A DNA stretch of 64,000 nt from Deinococcota bacterium (GTDB lineage: Bacteria > Deinococcota > Deinococci > Deinococcales > Thermaceae). Position 1 is the first letter of the stretch. Each line of letters starts with the position of its first letter. The notes under the pieces are model-generated. The model made no database searches and was not told where the DNA came from. It saw only the letters and a program-made list of their open reading frames with translations. Position numbers and translations under genes: made by a program. The DNA lies in assembly GCA_041695225.1 (NCBI GenBank), contig JBGFRI010000014.1:64001-128000 (forward strand), written 5' to 3'. Below are positions 61,854 to 64,000 of the stretch, in pieces.

Positions 61854-62729
61854 GTGAGCAATTCTGCGCCCAACGCCCTGGCCCGCTTGGTGGAATCGGC
61901 TCGTTTTAATCACTTTGTGACAGCAATTATCCTGTTCGCGGCGGTGGTGGTGGGGCTCGAGACCTACCCCCCTTTGATGGAGCGGTATGGCCCCACCCTC
62001 CACCTGCTCAACAACCTGGTGCTGGCAATTTTTGCCATCGAGGTAGTGCTACGAATGGCGGCCGAGTGGCCGCGCCCGCTGCGCTATTTCCACAACGGCT
62101 GGAACGTCTTCGACTTCGCCATCGTGGTCGGGAGCTTACTACCGGGGCTAGGGGCCTACGCAGTGGTGGCCCGACTGCTGCGTCTGCTGCGGGTTTTGCG
62201 CTTGCTCCGCACCGTCCCCGAGCTTCAGGTTATCCTGGGCGCGCTATTTCGTAGCCTGCCCTCGGTAGGCTATGTGCTGGTCCTGATGCTACTGCTGCTC
62301 TACGTCTATGCGGTGGCCGGGGTGTTCTTGTTCGGCGCCAACGACCCCTTCCACTTTGCCAACCTGCATACCTCGCTGCTCACCCTTTTTAGCATCCTGA
62401 CCCTGGAGGGCTGGGTGGATGTTTTTCGCATCCAGTATTTCGGCTGCGAACGCTTCGACCTGCCCGATCCCGCCCTGTGTACCCAGCCTATGGCCCAGCC
62501 CCTGCTTGCCGCGGGGTATATGCTCTCGTTTGTGCTACTGGGTACGCTGGTGTTTTTGAACCTGCTGGTGGGCATTGTGGTAAACAGCATGGACGAGATG
62601 CGCAAAAGCCTGCACGAGGCCCGGCTTCCCCCGCCCGGAAGCCTGGAACAGCAGTTGCACGAGGTTCAGGCCAGGCTAAACGAGGCCCAGGAATTACTCA
62701 GGGCTTTGGGGAAAGCGAAGGCGGAGTGA
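61854..62729 (+). CDS. Voltage-gated cation channel, CavMr-like (BacNav superfamily)
   Basis: WNVFDF, S4 RLLRLLRVLRLLR, filter TLEGWVD, S6 FLNLLVGIVVNSM, coiled-coil tail. Confidence 0.92.
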   Translation: MSNSAPNALARLVESARFNHFVTAIILFAAVVVGLETYPPLMERYGPTLHLLNNLVLAIFAIEVVLRMAAEWPRPLRYFHNGWNVFDFAIVVGSLLPGLGAYAVVARLLRLLRVLRLLRTVPELQVILGALFRSLPSVGYVLVLMLLLLYVYAVAGVFLFGANDPFHFANLHTSLLTLFSILTLEGWVDVFRIQYFGCERFDLPDPALCTQPMAQPLLAAGYMLSFVLLGTLVFLNLLVGIVVNSMDEMRKSLHEARLPPPGSLEQQLHEVQARLNEAQELLRALGKAKAE

Positions 62730-62747
62730 GTTTTCCATCTTAAAATA

Positions 62748-62899
62748 GTGTCACAAGTCTCGAGTCTCGGGTCAAAAGCTTCGACCCTCGACTTTCGACC
62801 TTCCATTAGCCGATAGCCCATAGCTGATAGCTTTTGACCTTCGACCTGCGACCTGAGACCCTCGACCTTCGACCTTCGACATTTTTTGACCTGCGACCT
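62748..62899. repeat. Composite heptamer repeat cluster
   Basis: AGTCTCG, GACCCTC/GACCTTC, TAGCCGA/TAGCCCA and GACCTGC units. Confidence 0.85.
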
Positions 62900-62987
62900 A
62901 AAGGTGGTGGGAACGCTGGCTGCGTCTGGCAAGCTTGCCAGATGTGCTTATCGTAGGAGGCAATTTCCCGCTAATATATTCTGCGTT

Positions 62988-63881
62988 ATGCGCGTCATTG
63001 TGATCGGGGCCAGGGCAAGCCTTCTGGCCCAAGCCCAGACCCGCTGGGTAATGGACCGGCTGAAAGAAAACTGGCCCGAGGCCGAGTTCAAAATTCGCAC
63101 CTTACAGTCCAAAAACCCTTCCGAGCCTGGAGCGGCAGAAGTACTGCGGCAGGCCCTGGGCAGGCTCGAGGTGGACATTGCGGTGTACTCACTCAAGCAC
63201 ATGCCCACCCAGGAGGCACCCGGAGTTCACCTGATTGCTGTGCCCAAGAGAATAGATCCCCGCGAGGCATTGGTGGGGCGCAACGCCAAGCGCTTGGAAG
63301 ACCTGCCCAGGAGGGCCGTGGTCGGGGTAAACAGCCTGGCCCGCAAAGCACAGTTGCTAGCCTACCGCCCCGACCTTAGCCTGCGTGACCTGGGTGGCAA
63401 CCTGGACCACCGCCTGGGGGCACTGGGAGCAGGGGAGTGTGACGCAACCATTATCGGGGCGGCCAGTCTACTCCGGCTAGAACTGCATAACCGCATTGAC
63501 CAGCTCATAGACCCCCAGACCATGCTTCCGGCTCCGGGCCAGGGCGCCCTGGGACTGGAGGTGCGCCGGGGCGACGACTGGGCCGAGGAGCTGGCCTACA
63601 GCCTTAATCACCGCGCTTCTTTTGCGCGGGTGGCTGCCGAGCGAGCATTTCTGCGCGGCCTAAACGCTGGCGATGGCTCTGCTGCGGCAGCGCTGGCGAC
63701 TGTGGAGCACGACGATACCCTGATCCTGCAGGGCATGGTCAGCTCTCCCGATGGCCTCGAGCTGATCCGCGCCGAAATCGAGGGTGATATCGAGGAAGCG
63801 GTGGAGCTTGGCAACGAACTGGCCCACGACCTGCTGGCCGAGGGTGGGCGGGAGCTGCTGGCTTTAGGCCAGATCCGATAG
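62988..63881 (+). CDS. hemC: Hydroxymethylbilane synthase (HemC) homologue with degenerate active site
   Basis: Full-length HemC fold (LPAPGQGALG, AERAFL) but SLKH for SLKD, no cofactor Cys, several Arg lost. Confidence 0.85.
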   Translation: MRVIVIGARASLLAQAQTRWVMDRLKENWPEAEFKIRTLQSKNPSEPGAAEVLRQALGRLEVDIAVYSLKHMPTQEAPGVHLIAVPKRIDPREALVGRNAKRLEDLPRRAVVGVNSLARKAQLLAYRPDLSLRDLGGNLDHRLGALGAGECDATIIGAASLLRLELHNRIDQLIDPQTMLPAPGQGALGLEVRRGDDWAEELAYSLNHRASFARVAAERAFLRGLNAGDGSAAAALATVEHDDTLILQGMVSSPDGLELIRAEIEGDIEEAVELGNELAHDLLAEGGRELLALGQIR

Positions 63882-63922
63882 GGTGAGTGCTGCAATTACT
63901 CGTGTATACCCCTAAAACAGCG

Positions 63923-64000
63923 CCCTGGTGCACGGAGTTAGCTCCGTCCCGAAGGAGATCGTCCCCATGGTGTACGGTGCTTGCTCCGTCCCGAAGGGGA
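63923..64000. repeat. Two copies of a ~42-bp unit reaching the window end
   Basis: CCCTGGTGCACGGAGTTAGCTCCGTCCCGAAGGAGA and CCATGGTGTACGGTGCTTGCTCCGTCCCGAAGGGGA. Confidence 0.75.

Overview
GC-rich core-chromosome window from a Deinococcus-Thermus bacterium, most likely Meiothermus (inferred from Thx, fused-dimer HspR, the APRT/APRTh pair, a TLEGWVD channel, leaderless-type starts and heptamer repeat clusters). It holds a partial nrfH with a Crp/Fnr regulator, a ccmB-I plus Rieske cluster lacking ccmA, many housekeeping genes (tyrS, rpsT, thx, typA, recO, mtaB, fhs, murJ, mdh, malic enzyme, aspartokinase, ruvA), an Mrp/Mnh antiporter operon preceded by a candidate Na+/Li+ riboswitch, a Kef-type antiporter, and an intact MNT-HEPN toxin-antitoxin pair inside a decayed type III restriction-modification locus. 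The most unusual element is a 4-copy ~45-bp tandem array (11789-11968) in which each unit copies the ribosome-binding site plus first ~11 codons of the adjacent uncharacterised gene. Also notable are a HemC homologue lacking its catalytic residues, a mutase with isobutyryl-CoA-type specificity residues, and a metallopeptidase-propeller-Omp85 fusion. No rRNA, tRNA, CRISPR array or intact transposase was seen. All calls come from reading the sequence; no database searches were run.
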